DNA of 64,000 nt from a virus, in IMG/VR virus record IMGVR_UViG_3300037549_000096. The stretch is one strand, 5' to 3'. Both the position numbers and the translations under genes were made by a program. Of this stretch, positions 50,936 to 60,596 are shown one piece after another. Position 1 is the stretch's first letter, and every line of letters starts with the position of its first letter. The notes beneath the pieces were generated by a model that was given only the letters and a program-made list of their open reading frames with translations, was not told the origin of the DNA and did no database searches.

Positions 50936-51924
50936 CCTACAAAATAAGTAACGCTTCCTGTCGCTAATACTTTTTGTGCATTTGACGGATAGCTAACAAA
51001 ATTAACAAACCATGCATTATCCTGCTGCCATGTAATTGCTAATTGATTCAGCAATTCAGGCAAAGCAGGATCAGTAAATAAAGGCACAATATAATAACCC
51101 CAACTATTATCTACAATAATAGATAAGGCTTGTTCTATAGAATCTATAGTATTAGATGGAATTGTTAATAAAGTGGCTTGAGTAGTTGATAATAATTGAT
51201 GTTTAACTAATGCTTGACCTAAAGGATTATTCAAGTTATTTATCAAATAACTTGGTATTGTATCACCTATATTTATAGTTATATAACGATAATCAATTAC
51301 ATCATAATAAAGATTCCAAGAAATATTAACATATGAATTTAATCCATTAGCTTGAAATAATGGAATCATACTATTATTAATATTTACAACATTTTCATTT
51401 TGTATAAAATAACTAATATCTAGATCTAAATTATCAACATAACTTATATAAACACTATAATTAGATTGTGTTAAATCCAAACCAGATGGAATTAATTCAT
51501 TTATAGTAAAAGAAACAACATCTTTATTAGAACCGTCTGTATTAAAAACCGCACTTGTTAAACTAGCGGTAAAGACGATATTTTGTGTATTATTATCTAC
51601 ACAAAACATGGTATATTGATGTTGGGTAAATTCAATATTTTCATTTTGAGCTAAAGTAGAAACGAAAAGTGTTGAACGTAATAAATCAATAGTATTAACA
51701 AGATAATTTCCTACTTGTTTCCAGTATATTATATCAGCCATAGTTAAATTAAAATTAAATAATAAACCTGCATCATTTATATCAGTATTAATAGAGTTAT
51801 TTCCATTTATTATTATTGAATTAACTAACTGTCTTGCCAATCCGACAAAGATAGGACTCTGCACTATTGGTTTAGCAATAGTAGAAGGTGATCTTTTCTC
51901 ATAAAAGTTTGTCGGAGTTGACAA
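50929..51924 (-). CDS. paralog of the tail sheath N-terminal half
   Basis: PST...PIFVG..RQLV start, QAL...YYIVPL, LATGSV end, matching 35116..36129; TTG start. Confidence 0.55.
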   Translation of the reverse strand: MSTPTNFYEKRSPSTIAKPIVQSPIFVGLARQLVNSIIINGNNSINTDINDAGLLFNFNLTMADIIYWKQVGNYLVNTIDLLRSTLFVSTLAQNENIEFTQHQYTMFCVDNNTQNIVFTASLTSAVFNTDGSNKDVVSFTINELIPSGLDLTQSNYSVYISYVDNLDLDISYFIQNENVVNINNSMIPLFQANGLNSYVNISWNLYYDVIDYRYITINIGDTIPSYLINNLNNPLGQALVKHQLLSTTQATLLTIPSNTIDSIEQALSIIVDNSWGYYIVPLFTDPALPELLNQLAITWQQDNAWFVNFVSYPSNAQKVLATGSVTYFVGC

Positions 51925-51971
51925 GACAGCCCCTTTTATTCATTACGATTATAATAACACGATTTTACGAT

Positions 51972-54900
51972 TTAGAAAACATTAAGTTCGCATTTCAAGT
52001 GTTCTGGTAACTTTTTAAGATAATCAACATCAAAAACATCAAGAAAACCTATTCTTTCAGTTCTTTGATTATCTAAATCCATACCAGAATAATCTACTGG
52101 TATTCTACCATGATTCATAACTTGTATTTCTTTCTTATCATTCTTATTATAACCATGAGGATTAATTATAGTTACACAAGTAGGAACAAATACAGTTCCT
52201 AAGATAAAATCATCAATAATATAAGTATCAGGATATGGACCTTTAGCTGGAGAAAAGGTTGTGTTAAAAATATAAGTTTTTTCTTCAAATAAATCTAAAG
52301 CTTTTTCCTTATAAACATCAGGAAACATTAAAAGATCCATTTCACCATCTAATGTAAAGATAGTAACAATAGCCATATCCTCTTGTTTAGCACGAGTTTT
52401 AGTACGTTTAATTTTAACTACACTTCCTACAATACTTGTTTCAGGAAGCAGTTTAATTAATTCAGCATACTTGATAATAAAACCTTCTTTTACGTAAAAA
52501 CCATAAGCTTCTTGTTCATCTTTAGCTCGATCAGTAAATTTTTTCTGATTATATTGTATCGTATAACCGTTTTCCATAAAGATATCAAACATAAACTCTT
52601 CTTTTGATATCTTAGCATTTTTAGAATAAGTAAGCATTCCAGGAGCATTACCTAAAAGTATTTCTCTCCCATAAGATAAATCATCAAAAAATCCACATTT
52701 AATCAAATTGTTCAATTTGGTTTTATCGAGTTTTACTGATTCTAAAAAGTGATTAAGATCTTTAAATTGTACAGTATATTGATCACATTCACCTAATTCT
52801 TTAACTGAGTTTAAACCAATAATGACCTTATCATCTTTGATGATAAAGTCAGTAGAACAATTATTCATTCTTGGATATTCAAAAATTACGCTTTCTTTAA
52901 AATTAAAGAAATGATTTGCCATTGTTTTACTGTCACCCATATCTGCATTAAGTAAAGCTAACGCAAACTCTTGTGGATGATGTACTTTTAACCACATACA
53001 ACAATAGGCAATTAGAGCGTAAGCTGCGGAGTGAGCTTTATTAAAACAGTAATCTCCGAAACCTTCAATCTGATCCCATAAAGTTTCCATTTTCTTTTTA
53101 TTATAACCATTAGAAATAGCGCCATTCACGAAATCTTCTTTAATAGACCTCATACGCTCTTTGTCTTTTTTACCAATAGCTTTTCTTAAATTATCAGCTT
53201 TAGATAGAGGAAAATTAGACAAAACTTGACTAATTTTCATAATCTGCTCTTGGTATACTAAAACTTCGTATGTATCTCCAAGCAATTCAGTAAACTCAGG
53301 TAAAAAATGTTCTTTAACGCCTTGGTTTTTATTTAAAACGTATTGATCTGTTAGACCCGCTTGTAAAGGACCAGGACGATAAAGCGCATTTGCCGCTGAG
53401 ATATCATCAAAACGGGTTGGAGCCATTCGGCGCAATAGGTCTTGCATACCTTTAGATTCAAATTGGAATATACCATGTGTGTCTCCTGCTCTGAAGCGTT
53501 CATAGACCTTTGGATCGGTTAATGGCAGATTGTAAAGAGTGTTAAAACTTATATTCGCTAATTTGCAAGCATTATGTAAAATGTCTAGATTCTTTAAACC
53601 TAAAAGATCCATTTTTAACAAACCATAAGCTTCTGCATCATTTTTGTCAAATTGGCAAAGTCTTACACCTTCTCCGTTATCTTCTTTCCAAGTCACAGGT
53701 GCATAATCTGTCATTTTAGTAGGAGAAATTACTACTCCAGCCGCATGAACACCTTCCTGTCTAACAAAGTTCTCCATTAAAAGAGCTTTTTCCCAAGTAT
53801 CTTTATGTTTGTTAGAACTGTTGATCCATTCTTGAATTTTATCAAACATTCCAACTTCACTTAATTGTGGAGTAATACCAAATTTAGCTGGCGGCCATAA
53901 TTTAGTAACTCTTTCAGCTTCTTCGTTATCAATACCAGAAATACGACAAGCATCTTTAAATGAAATTTTAGACTTCATTAAACCAAATGTGACAATCTGT
54001 GATACACGTTCTTTACCGTATTTATTTTCAAGATACTCAATAACTCGTTTACGTTGATTTTGTGAAATATCAACATCAATATCAGGCATTGAAATACGAT
54101 CAGGATTTAAAAACCTCTCGAAGAATAATCCATGTTCGATTGGGCATAATTCTGTAATTCCCAAACAATAGGAAACAATACTACCAGCAGCAGAACCACG
54201 ACCAGGGCCGATAGGAATGTCATTTCTTTTAGACCAATCAATAAAATCCCATACAATAAGGAAATAAGACGGAAAGCCCATTTTGCAGATAACTTCGATT
54301 TCAAATTCAAGTCTTTCATGTTGTTCTTTAGTCGCATTAGGATATCTCCTAGCAAAACCAGCATGAGTTAATGATTTAAATAAATTTACATCATCATCAC
54401 AAAAAATTGGAAGTTTATCGCCGTATTGAATAGTATCTTTTTCAACATTTTTGTTGAGAAGAAATAGATAATTCTCAATAGCATCTGGTACTAATCCAGC
54501 TATAACTTGATGCTTTGGGTTTTCGTAATAAGATTGTAATTGTTTAGCGTCTAAATCTTTAAACTCTTTACCTTCTGACAAAATAGCTTGAAACGCAGGA
54601 ATATCCTGTTGTTTAAGCATATATGTATCATAGAAGAAAATAGGCTTTAATTTAAAATAAACATTATTTGATAAAGTAGAAAAAGTATTTACAGCTACAT
54701 AACATCTATCATTTAATGAATCAATGAACGGAAATTCTTCATCAACAATAGCAAAAAGTTGATCACTTTTAGCTAAAGTATTGACTAAATCTTCAATAGT
54801 AAGTCTTGGCTCATAATAAAAATTTTGAGAAGCCATTGTGATAGCTTCACATAAAGCAATATAAGCTTTATGAGAATAAGCGTAGAGTCTAATACGGTCA

Positions 54901-55124
54901 TAAGCTCTATATTTATTAGAACGATCATTGACTACTGTTAAAGTAACTGATGGAATTACATTCTTTCGTTTTTTGTTTAAACGAATTAATCCTGACATAT
55001 TACCAAGATCAGGTACAGCCATTGGAATTGTTGGATCTAATTTTTCTAAATGAGCAATTTTGATAGCTGATTTCTTTAAAGAGTGTTCACTAATGAAACC
55101 AAGTCTACAGAATGTATTTTGCAT
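51972..55124 (-). CDS. dnaE: DNA polymerase III alpha subunit
   Basis: GPGRGSAAGS, FERFLNPDRISMPDIDVD, HAAGVVI, KMDLLGL, GIFQFES, FNKAHSAAY. Confidence 0.97.
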   Translation of the reverse strand: MQNTFCRLGFISEHSLKKSAIKIAHLEKLDPTIPMAVPDLGNMSGLIRLNKKRKNVIPSVTLTVVNDRSNKYRAYDRIRLYAYSHKAYIALCEAITMASQNFYYEPRLTIEDLVNTLAKSDQLFAIVDEEFPFIDSLNDRCYVAVNTFSTLSNNVYFKLKPIFFYDTYMLKQQDIPAFQAILSEGKEFKDLDAKQLQSYYENPKHQVIAGLVPDAIENYLFLLNKNVEKDTIQYGDKLPIFCDDDVNLFKSLTHAGFARRYPNATKEQHERLEFEIEVICKMGFPSYFLIVWDFIDWSKRNDIPIGPGRGSAAGSIVSYCLGITELCPIEHGLFFERFLNPDRISMPDIDVDISQNQRKRVIEYLENKYGKERVSQIVTFGLMKSKISFKDACRISGIDNEEAERVTKLWPPAKFGITPQLSEVGMFDKIQEWINSSNKHKDTWEKALLMENFVRQEGVHAAGVVISPTKMTDYAPVTWKEDNGEGVRLCQFDKNDAEAYGLLKMDLLGLKNLDILHNACKLANISFNTLYNLPLTDPKVYERFRAGDTHGIFQFESKGMQDLLRRMAPTRFDDISAANALYRPGPLQAGLTDQYVLNKNQGVKEHFLPEFTELLGDTYEVLVYQEQIMKISQVLSNFPLSKADNLRKAIGKKDKERMRSIKEDFVNGAISNGYNKKKMETLWDQIEGFGDYCFNKAHSAAYALIAYCCMWLKVHHPQEFALALLNADMGDSKTMANHFFNFKESVIFEYPRMNNCSTDFIIKDDKVIIGLNSVKELGECDQYTVQFKDLNHFLESVKLDKTKLNNLIKCGFFDDLSYGREILLGNAPGMLTYSKNAKISKEEFMFDIFMENGYTIQYNQKKFTDRAKDEQEAYGFYVKEGFIIKYAELIKLLPETSIVGSVVKIKRTKTRAKQEDMAIVTIFTLDGEMDLLMFPDVYKEKALDLFEEKTYIFNTTFSPAKGPYPDTYIIDDFILGTVFVPTCVTIINPHGYNKNDKKEIQVMNHGRIPVDYSGMDLDNQRTERIGFLDVFDVDYLKKLPEHLKCELNVF

Positions 55125-55209
55125 TTTGTTCTCCTAACCGCTTCGGGTCGCGGCATGTTTAGGTATATGTTTGCAGATATAACGTTAATTCGTCAAGAAA
55201 AAGATTTGT

Positions 55210-55238
55210 TTGACAGAATCCTGGAAAGCGTGTAACCT
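55210..55238 (+). promoter_or_regulatory. sigma70 promoter
   Basis: TTGACA-17 nt-TAACCT. Confidence 0.7.
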
Positions 55239-55258
55239 TTGTGTATTAGGAGTTAAGC

Positions 55259-55450
55259 ATGGCCCGAAAACCAACCGAACCAGAATCTAGAAAAGAAACC
55301 ATCTCTTATCGTGTAACTCGTTCTTTATATAACAAGGTCATAGGCCATGTTGATGGATCAGACGAACCTACGTTAAGTGATTATGCTAGAAATGCGTTAC
55401 TTGAACGCATTGATAGAGAAGAAAAGGAGAAAAATGGAAAATCAGAATAA
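55259..55450 (+). CDS. ribbon-helix-helix (CopG/Arc-like) regulator
   Basis: TISYRVT...LSDYARNALLERI; AGGAG RBS. Confidence 0.75.
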   Translation: MARKPTEPESRKETISYRVTRSLYNKVIGHVDGSDEPTLSDYARNALLERIDREEKEKNGKSE

Positions 55451-55676
55451 ATCATTTTTGAATCGTTTTAAAACTTTGACAGAACACAATGAAATTATTC
55501 ATTTCTTTAAATTAATAGGTAATGAAGAAGAAGTAAATAAGTTAGCTAAAGAAAAAGCTTTAGAATTAAAAGGTGAATATTATATCACCAAAAACTATTC
55601 TAAGACTTCTATTAATGTGATTATTTCATACCCGTTAAATCTTGATTGGGACTCACAAAGAATAGCTCAATCTTAA
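55434..55676 (+). CDS. hypothetical protein
   Basis: AAGGAG RBS before MENQNK. Confidence 0.6.
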   Translation: MENQNKSFLNRFKTLTEHNEIIHFFKLIGNEEEVNKLAKEKALELKGEYYITKNYSKTSINVIISYPLNLDWDSQRIAQS

Positions 55677-55689
55677 CCAGGAGAATACC

Positions 55690-56151
55690 ATGTTAAACGA
55701 AATTCTTATTATTGGGCGTTTAGGAAAAACTCCAGAACTTAAAGTGACTCCATCTGGAGCCCAGGTAACAAGTTTTGGAGTAGCTACATCAGAAAAGTGG
55801 ACAAAAGATGGACAAAAGCACGAAGAAACTACGTGGCATAATGTTGTTATTTGGGGAAAGAACGCAGAATCAGCCTGTAAATACATGAAGAAAGGTGAAC
55901 TACATCTTTTTAAAGGTACGATGAAGTATGAGAAGTATGAAAAAGATGGAGTAGAAAAGATTGCTCCTAAAATTCACGTAACTACCTTTAAGCTTTTACC
56001 TAATGGTCAAAGTAATAGTGGTCATACTCCTGAAGAACCAGGTAATAGTGCCGCTTATACGGGTGGACGTTCTTCAGATGAACCCGATATGAGTCAAGGA
56101 CAACAATCAAACTCTAATATAAGTTATGATAACGACGAAATCCCTTTTTAG
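55690..56151 (+). CDS. ssb: single-stranded DNA-binding protein
   Basis: IGRLGKTPELK...TTWHNVVIWGK; C-terminal DEIPF. Confidence 0.96.
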   Translation: MLNEILIIGRLGKTPELKVTPSGAQVTSFGVATSEKWTKDGQKHEETTWHNVVIWGKNAESACKYMKKGELHLFKGTMKYEKYEKDGVEKIAPKIHVTTFKLLPNGQSNSGHTPEEPGNSAAYTGGRSSDEPDMSQGQQSNSNISYDNDEIPF

Positions 56152-56174
56152 AATTATTTAAATAGGAGATTAAG

Positions 56175-56204
56175 AATGGGACGATCTTTGATTGTCCCAT
56201 TTTT
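56175..56204 (+). terminator. intrinsic terminator after ssb
   Basis: AATGGGACGATC-TTT-GATTGTCCCATT-TTT. Confidence 0.8.
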
Positions 56205-56221
56205 GTGAAAAAGGAAATATT

Positions 56222-57139
56222 ATGAATTTAAATACAGGAATTTATTGTATTAAAAATCTAGCAAATGGTAATTGTTATATTGGATCATCTGTAAATATTA
56301 GACTAAGATGGCATGAGCATAAATATGAATTAAAAAACAATAAACATCACTCTAGACATTTACAAAATGCATATAATAAATATGGAATTGAATTATTTGA
56401 ATTTAAGATTTTAATAAATTGTGAAGTATGTGAATTGCTTACCATAGAACAACAATTTATAGATTCTTTTAAACCTAAATATAATGTATTAAAACTTGCC
56501 GGATCACCACTAGGATGTAAAAGAACAGAAGAGTCTAAAAGAAATATGTCTATAGCTCAAAAAGGGAAAATAGTCACAGAAGAAACTAAAAGAAATATGT
56601 CAATTGCTCAGACTGGTAAAGTTTTATCTAATAAAACTAAAGAAAAAATATCAAAATATCACACTGGAAAAATAATAACTAATGAAACAAAACAAAAAAT
56701 ATCTATAGCAAGATTAGGAATAGTATTCTCAGAAAAAACTAAAAGAAAAATGTCAATAGCTCAAACTGGTAGAACCTGTTCAGAAGAAACTAAAAGAAAA
56801 GTATCATTAGCTGTTCTAGGACGTAAACATTCTGAAGAATCTAAAAGAAAAATGTCATTAGCTCAAAAAGATAGAATTACGTCTGATGAAACAAAGCAAA
56901 AACAATCTTTAGCACATTTAGGATATAAAGCATCTGACGAAACAAAAAAGAAAATGAGTTTACGTGTAAGTGGTGATAAAAGTCCTACTGCTAAATTAAC
57001 ATGGGAATTAGTTAACGAAATTAGAGAATTATATGCAACTAGAAAATTTTCACAACGTAAGTTAGCAAAATTATTTAATGTTACTCAACCTAATATTGGT
57101 GCTATAGTAAGAAATGAAACATGGATTGTTAATAATTAA
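56222..57139 (+). CDS. GIY-YIG homing endonuclease with NUMOD3 repeats and C-terminal HTH
   Basis: GIYCI...YIGSS; about nine 17-aa SEETKRKMS-like repeats. Confidence 0.92.
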   Translation: MNLNTGIYCIKNLANGNCYIGSSVNIRLRWHEHKYELKNNKHHSRHLQNAYNKYGIELFEFKILINCEVCELLTIEQQFIDSFKPKYNVLKLAGSPLGCKRTEESKRNMSIAQKGKIVTEETKRNMSIAQTGKVLSNKTKEKISKYHTGKIITNETKQKISIARLGIVFSEKTKRKMSIAQTGRTCSEETKRKVSLAVLGRKHSEESKRKMSLAQKDRITSDETKQKQSLAHLGYKASDETKKKMSLRVSGDKSPTAKLTWELVNEIRELYATRKFSQRKLAKLFNVTQPNIGAIVRNETWIVNN

Positions 57140-57150
57140 AGGAAATAAAT

Positions 57151-57459
57151 ATGTCATGGTATTTAAAACTATGGAATTGGGTTTATAAGGTTATAACCTT
57201 AAAACCAGCTACCGATTATTTTCAAAAGTTAGCTAATACTAAAGATCCTCAATCTTCTCATGATGCGATTAATTTATTATGGGGTATTGGGGCTTTCTTT
57301 TTATATTTCCTAGATCATTTTATATATAAAAGAGTATTTAATAATAATGATTTTGTTTTCATAGCAAGTATGGCAGGTATTTCAACTTTAGCTGCTGTTT
57401 CGGCTAAAAAAGTAGATGCTAAAAATATTACTACTACTTCTGATTTATCACAACAATAA
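57151..57459 (+). CDS. holin-like two-TM membrane protein
   Basis: Two hydrophobic segments, charged C-terminus. Confidence 0.5.
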   Translation: MSWYLKLWNWVYKVITLKPATDYFQKLANTKDPQSSHDAINLLWGIGAFFLYFLDHFIYKRVFNNNDFVFIASMAGISTLAAVSAKKVDAKNITTTSDLSQQ

Positions 57460-57471
57460 AGGAAGATTAAT

Positions 57472-58125
57472 ATGGATATCGTAGCTGCTGTTACCGGATT
57501 AACGCCATTACAAAAGAAAGTAATTTTATACATAACACTAATAGCACTAGTGTTTGGTGCTGGTTTTTATACTGGTATTAAGACTTTTAACGCAAAATTA
57601 ACTAATCAAGAAATAAAATATCAAGCTCAGATTGATAAACTAATGAAAGATGTAGCAGATAAAGATGTAGAAGTACAAAAACATTTAGCTGTACGTGATG
57701 AGAAAACTCAAGAGGCTCTAATAGCTAAAAAACAAGCCGATGACTCTGGTATCAAAGCCGATCAAGCCGAAAAGAAATATCGTGCTTTAGAGGCTCAATT
57801 AAATATTCCTGTTACCAACGATACTACGCCACCTACTGCTAATCAAGTTGCTACGGCTTGTGATGAAGTAATTGCGAAGAAAGATGATCAAATTAAAGGT
57901 TTAGATGCTGCATATTCTAATGTATTTGATGCAAAAACCGCTGCTGATCAAGCTGTTCAAGGACTACAAGAAGAAAAGAAAGATCTTGTAACATCTGTAG
58001 ACTTGAGCAAAAAGATCAACAGCGATTTAAGTAAACAATTGGAGTCTCAGAATCGCCGCAAATGGCTTTATCTGATAGGTGGCGCGTTAGGTGGTGTTGC
58101 TACCGAACGTGCCTTGAGGAAATAG
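57472..58125 (+). CDS. spanin-like coiled-coil membrane protein
   Basis: N-terminal TM, long coiled coil, C-terminal hydrophobic helix. Confidence 0.5.
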   Translation: MDIVAAVTGLTPLQKKVILYITLIALVFGAGFYTGIKTFNAKLTNQEIKYQAQIDKLMKDVADKDVEVQKHLAVRDEKTQEALIAKKQADDSGIKADQAEKKYRALEAQLNIPVTNDTTPPTANQVATACDEVIAKKDDQIKGLDAAYSNVFDAKTAADQAVQGLQEEKKDLVTSVDLSKKINSDLSKQLESQNRRKWLYLIGGALGGVATERALRK

Positions 58126-58133
58126 TATTTTCC

Positions 58134-58250
58134 TCAATCCTCTAGTAACGCTTGAACAAATTTAGAAACAGAAACCAATAAAGCCGCAACTGCAATTTCT
58201 GAAGCGGCTGTAGCTACTGCTTCTAAAAGTGTAAGCACAAGAGCGAACAT
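58134..58250 (-). CDS. 38-aa hydrophobic peptide (not in ORF track)
   Basis: AAGGAG-7 nt-ATG; MFALVLTLLEAVATAASEIAVAALLVSVSKFVQALLED. Confidence 0.6.
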   Translation of the reverse strand: MFALVLTLLEAVATAASEIAVAALLVSVSKFVQALLED

Positions 58251-58274
58251 ACTAAAACTCCTTGAGATAAAATT

Positions 58275-58303
58275 AAAAGGGAACCAATTAGGTTCCCTTT
58301 TTT
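58275..58303. terminator. bidirectional terminator
   Basis: AAAAGGGAACC-AATTA-GGTTCCCTTTT. Confidence 0.85.
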
Positions 58304-58318
58304 GTGTTATCTCTCACA

Positions 58319-58816
58319 TTATTCGACTTCTTTTGAATCCTTTGCTACATCGACCATACCAAGATCAATAAAAATATCCGCAACATCGAGAAGTTTGTTA
58401 GACATTGAATCTCGGAAACCAGCAACAACAATACGAATATCACGATCTTGGAGTTTTCCAAGCGTGTATGCAAAATCTTCGTCACCACTTACTAGAATGA
58501 TTGTATCGATATTATTAATTACCGATAACATCATATCAGTAGCAATTTCAACTTCCAAATGCGCCTTACGAGTATTAGTATCACGATCTTGCTTAACTTC
58601 CTTCTTTACTACTCGCCAACCATTATGAGTCATCCAATGAAGGAAACTACGCTGCTTTTCTGCGTTAGCATCACTTCCTGTATAAAATACAGCTTTTTGA
58701 TATTCCTGTCCTTCTGTAAGAACGTTTAAAAGCTTGTTATAATCAATCTGCACATTAGCTTGCATTGCAGAATGGAAAATATTATTGCCATCAACAAAAA
58801 TAGCTGTCTTATTCAT
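58319..58816 (-). CDS. NYN-domain (LabA/DUF88, PIN-like) protein
   Basis: IFVDGNN...LVSGDEDF...S..L...AD.FIDL. Confidence 0.92.
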   Translation of the reverse strand: MNKTAIFVDGNNIFHSAMQANVQIDYNKLLNVLTEGQEYQKAVFYTGSDANAEKQRSFLHWMTHNGWRVVKKEVKQDRDTNTRKAHLEVEIATDMMLSVINNIDTIILVSGDEDFAYTLGKLQDRDIRIVVAGFRDSMSNKLLDVADIFIDLGMVDVAKDSKEVE

Positions 58817-58825
58817 ATCAATTCC

Positions 58826-58963
58826 TTAAGAGTTTTCATTAACTTTAGGTTCATACCAACATTCAAGATTCGGAAGCTCAAGTTTTTCATGAACTTTATC
58901 AATCATAGCTTGAGCTTCATCTTCAGTTTCTACTGGAATCTTAAAATAAACTATTAAAGACAT
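58826..58963 (-). CDS. 45-aa hypothetical protein (not in ORF track)
   Basis: MSLIVYFKIPVETEDEAQ...; TAATG coupling with the upstream gene. Confidence 0.55.
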   Translation of the reverse strand: MSLIVYFKIPVETEDEAQAMIDKVHEKLELPNLECWYEPKVNENS

Positions 58964-59247
58964 TAGAAACTAATAACAACTGGAGTATCATTATTTTCAG
59001 CTGAAATCTTATCGATAATAGCTGTAAACTTTTCAACATCTACCTTGGCGCTCTTAATGGCATCATGAAGAAGATCATCATCATTAATATACAGTACAAA
59101 AGATTCATGTTCATCAGGAACAGGATCTACTTCTTCTTCAATATGTTCACAAATCTTATTTGTAACAGTTTCGACCTTCTTTTCGTCGAAACCCATTTCT
59201 TCCAGAACTTCAGCGAGAGCTAAAACTACTACAATTGAAACTTCCAT
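58963..59247 (-). CDS. small acidic protein
   Basis: AAGGAG RBS; highly acidic. Confidence 0.7.
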   Translation of the reverse strand: MEVSIVVVLALAEVLEEMGFDEKKVETVTNKICEHIEEEVDPVPDEHESFVLYINDDDLLHDAIKSAKVDVEKFTAIIDKISAENNDTPVVISF

Positions 59248-59258
59248 ATTAAAACTCC

Positions 59259-59876
59259 TTATTTAAAAAGTTGAGAATGGATGCGTGTCCATGAGAGTTT
59301 ATCATTATGCATTATTTCATATACAAGATTAGAAATAATGCTAGAACCGGGTTGTGGTCGTGGTGAATCATCATCTAAAAAAATATCAAAACAATTATCC
59401 ATTATAATTTTCTTAATGTCATCTGGTTTATATTCAAGCCATTTATCTTGTTCTCTACATTGACCTGAACTTAAATACTTCTTAAGTGATTTAGTAATTT
59501 CTTCTTCAATATCGATATAAAAATCTTTATTTCTCCAACACCAAAACTGGTAATGTAATCGGTTAACTACATTACAAATATTAGGCTCCATATTCCACAT
59601 AAGCGGAGTATAGACAGGATCGCAAATGAACGTAGCTGCTTCTCTATGAGCAGAACCTAACGCATCGCAATTATGGTGTTTAATATCAACTGTACCATCA
59701 TTTAAATCAATAACGGTAAGCCCAATTGCTCTTAAAGCTTTTACTCTCTTTTTTAATTCAAACTCTGGGTGAGACATTGAACAGATCATATCAATGATCC
59801 AATAGGATGATTTGTGATTTTGGTTTTTCCCGAATCTCCATAGGTGCTTGAAGTAAAGTTGAATCAAATAACGCAA
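59259..59876 (-). CDS. hypothetical protein (start uncertain)
   Basis: ORF track; the real start may lie near 59789. Confidence 0.6.
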   Translation of the reverse strand: MRYLIQLYFKHLWRFGKNQNHKSSYWIIDMICSMSHPEFELKKRVKALRAIGLTVIDLNDGTVDIKHHNCDALGSAHREAATFICDPVYTPLMWNMEPNICNVVNRLHYQFWCWRNKDFYIDIEEEITKSLKKYLSSGQCREQDKWLEYKPDDIKKIIMDNCFDIFLDDDSPRPQPGSSIISNLVYEIMHNDKLSWTRIHSQLFK

Positions 59877-60117
59877 AATTAGAATTATTTAAAAGTCTCT
59901 CATATTCCTCCTTAGTAGCATTAAGTTTTAATTGATACAATACAGCCAAGGTCTGATTAAACGCTACAAGATTAGCTGAAGATCCTTGTGCAGCTACCTG
60001 ACCTTGACTCGCATTAAAAATATCTACATTTGTTCTAAGAGTAAGACAAGCTTCAAACAAATGTAGAATATTAATCTGATTTTGGTTTAACGGAAGTTTA
60101 GCTTTAGGTTCTTCCAT
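59791..60117 (-). CDS. hypothetical protein
   Basis: ORF track, coupled. Confidence 0.65.
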   Translation of the reverse strand: MEEPKAKLPLNQNQINILHLFEACLTLRTNVDIFNASQGQVAAQGSSANLVAFNQTLAVLYQLKLNATKEEYERLLNNSNFALFDSTLLQAPMEIREKPKSQIILLDH

Positions 60118-60310
60118 TTCGTACCTTACGTCGAAGCTTTTCTGGAGAAGTTGGATTAGGTGGAGTTGAAGATTTAGTCCAAGTTGTATTTGGCTGAGAC
60201 TTCCATTCGCTCTTGGGAACGAACTTCCAACCTTTGTTTACAAGATTAATAGCGCGATCTTCTGATACACGCCTAACCTCGTTGTCAAGATTGCTCTTTA
60301 CACACTTCAT
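60104..60310 (-). CDS. small basic phage protein
   Basis: GGAGG RBS; RRVS...A..LV.KGW..VPKSEWK. Confidence 0.7.
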   Translation of the reverse strand: MKCVKSNLDNEVRRVSEDRAINLVNKGWKFVPKSEWKSQPNTTWTKSSTPPNPTSPEKLRRKVRNGRT

Positions 60311-60369
60311 AGGCTAATCGCCTCCATGTTGGCATCATTATTGAATGATGCTGGGTTAATAGTATTAAA

Positions 60370-60543
60370 TTATTCAATTTTAGTAAATCTACCATCATGA
60401 AATTCATAAACTGGACGAACCCAATTTATTCCTGTAGCGATATTACGATAAACAATAACAGGTTCTAATGTTTTTTCTATAATTGCTTGAAAAATTATTT
60501 CATAAATACCACCTGTTTTATTATGGCGATATAATTCAGGCAT
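60370..60543 (-). CDS. DUF1653-family protein, 57 aa (not in ORF track)
   Basis: YRHNKTGGIY...A...T.EP.IVY...WVRP..EF.DGRF. Confidence 0.8.
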   Translation of the reverse strand: MPELYRHNKTGGIYEIIFQAIIEKTLEPVIVYRNIATGINWVRPVYEFHDGRFTKIE

Positions 60544-60552
60544 ATATACCTT

Positions 60553-60590
60553 AAAAGAAAAAACGCCACACTAAATAAGCTGTGGCGTGT
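60553..60590 (-). terminator. intrinsic terminator ending the RNA cluster
   Basis: ACGCCACA-loop-TGTGGCGT then TTTTTCTTTT on the minus strand. Confidence 0.85.
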
Positions 60591-60596
60591 TGAATT

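Noticed and set aside
56500-56960. ~51-nt tandem repeats resembling an array
   Set aside because: Degenerate in-frame NUMOD3 coding repeats, not a CRISPR array
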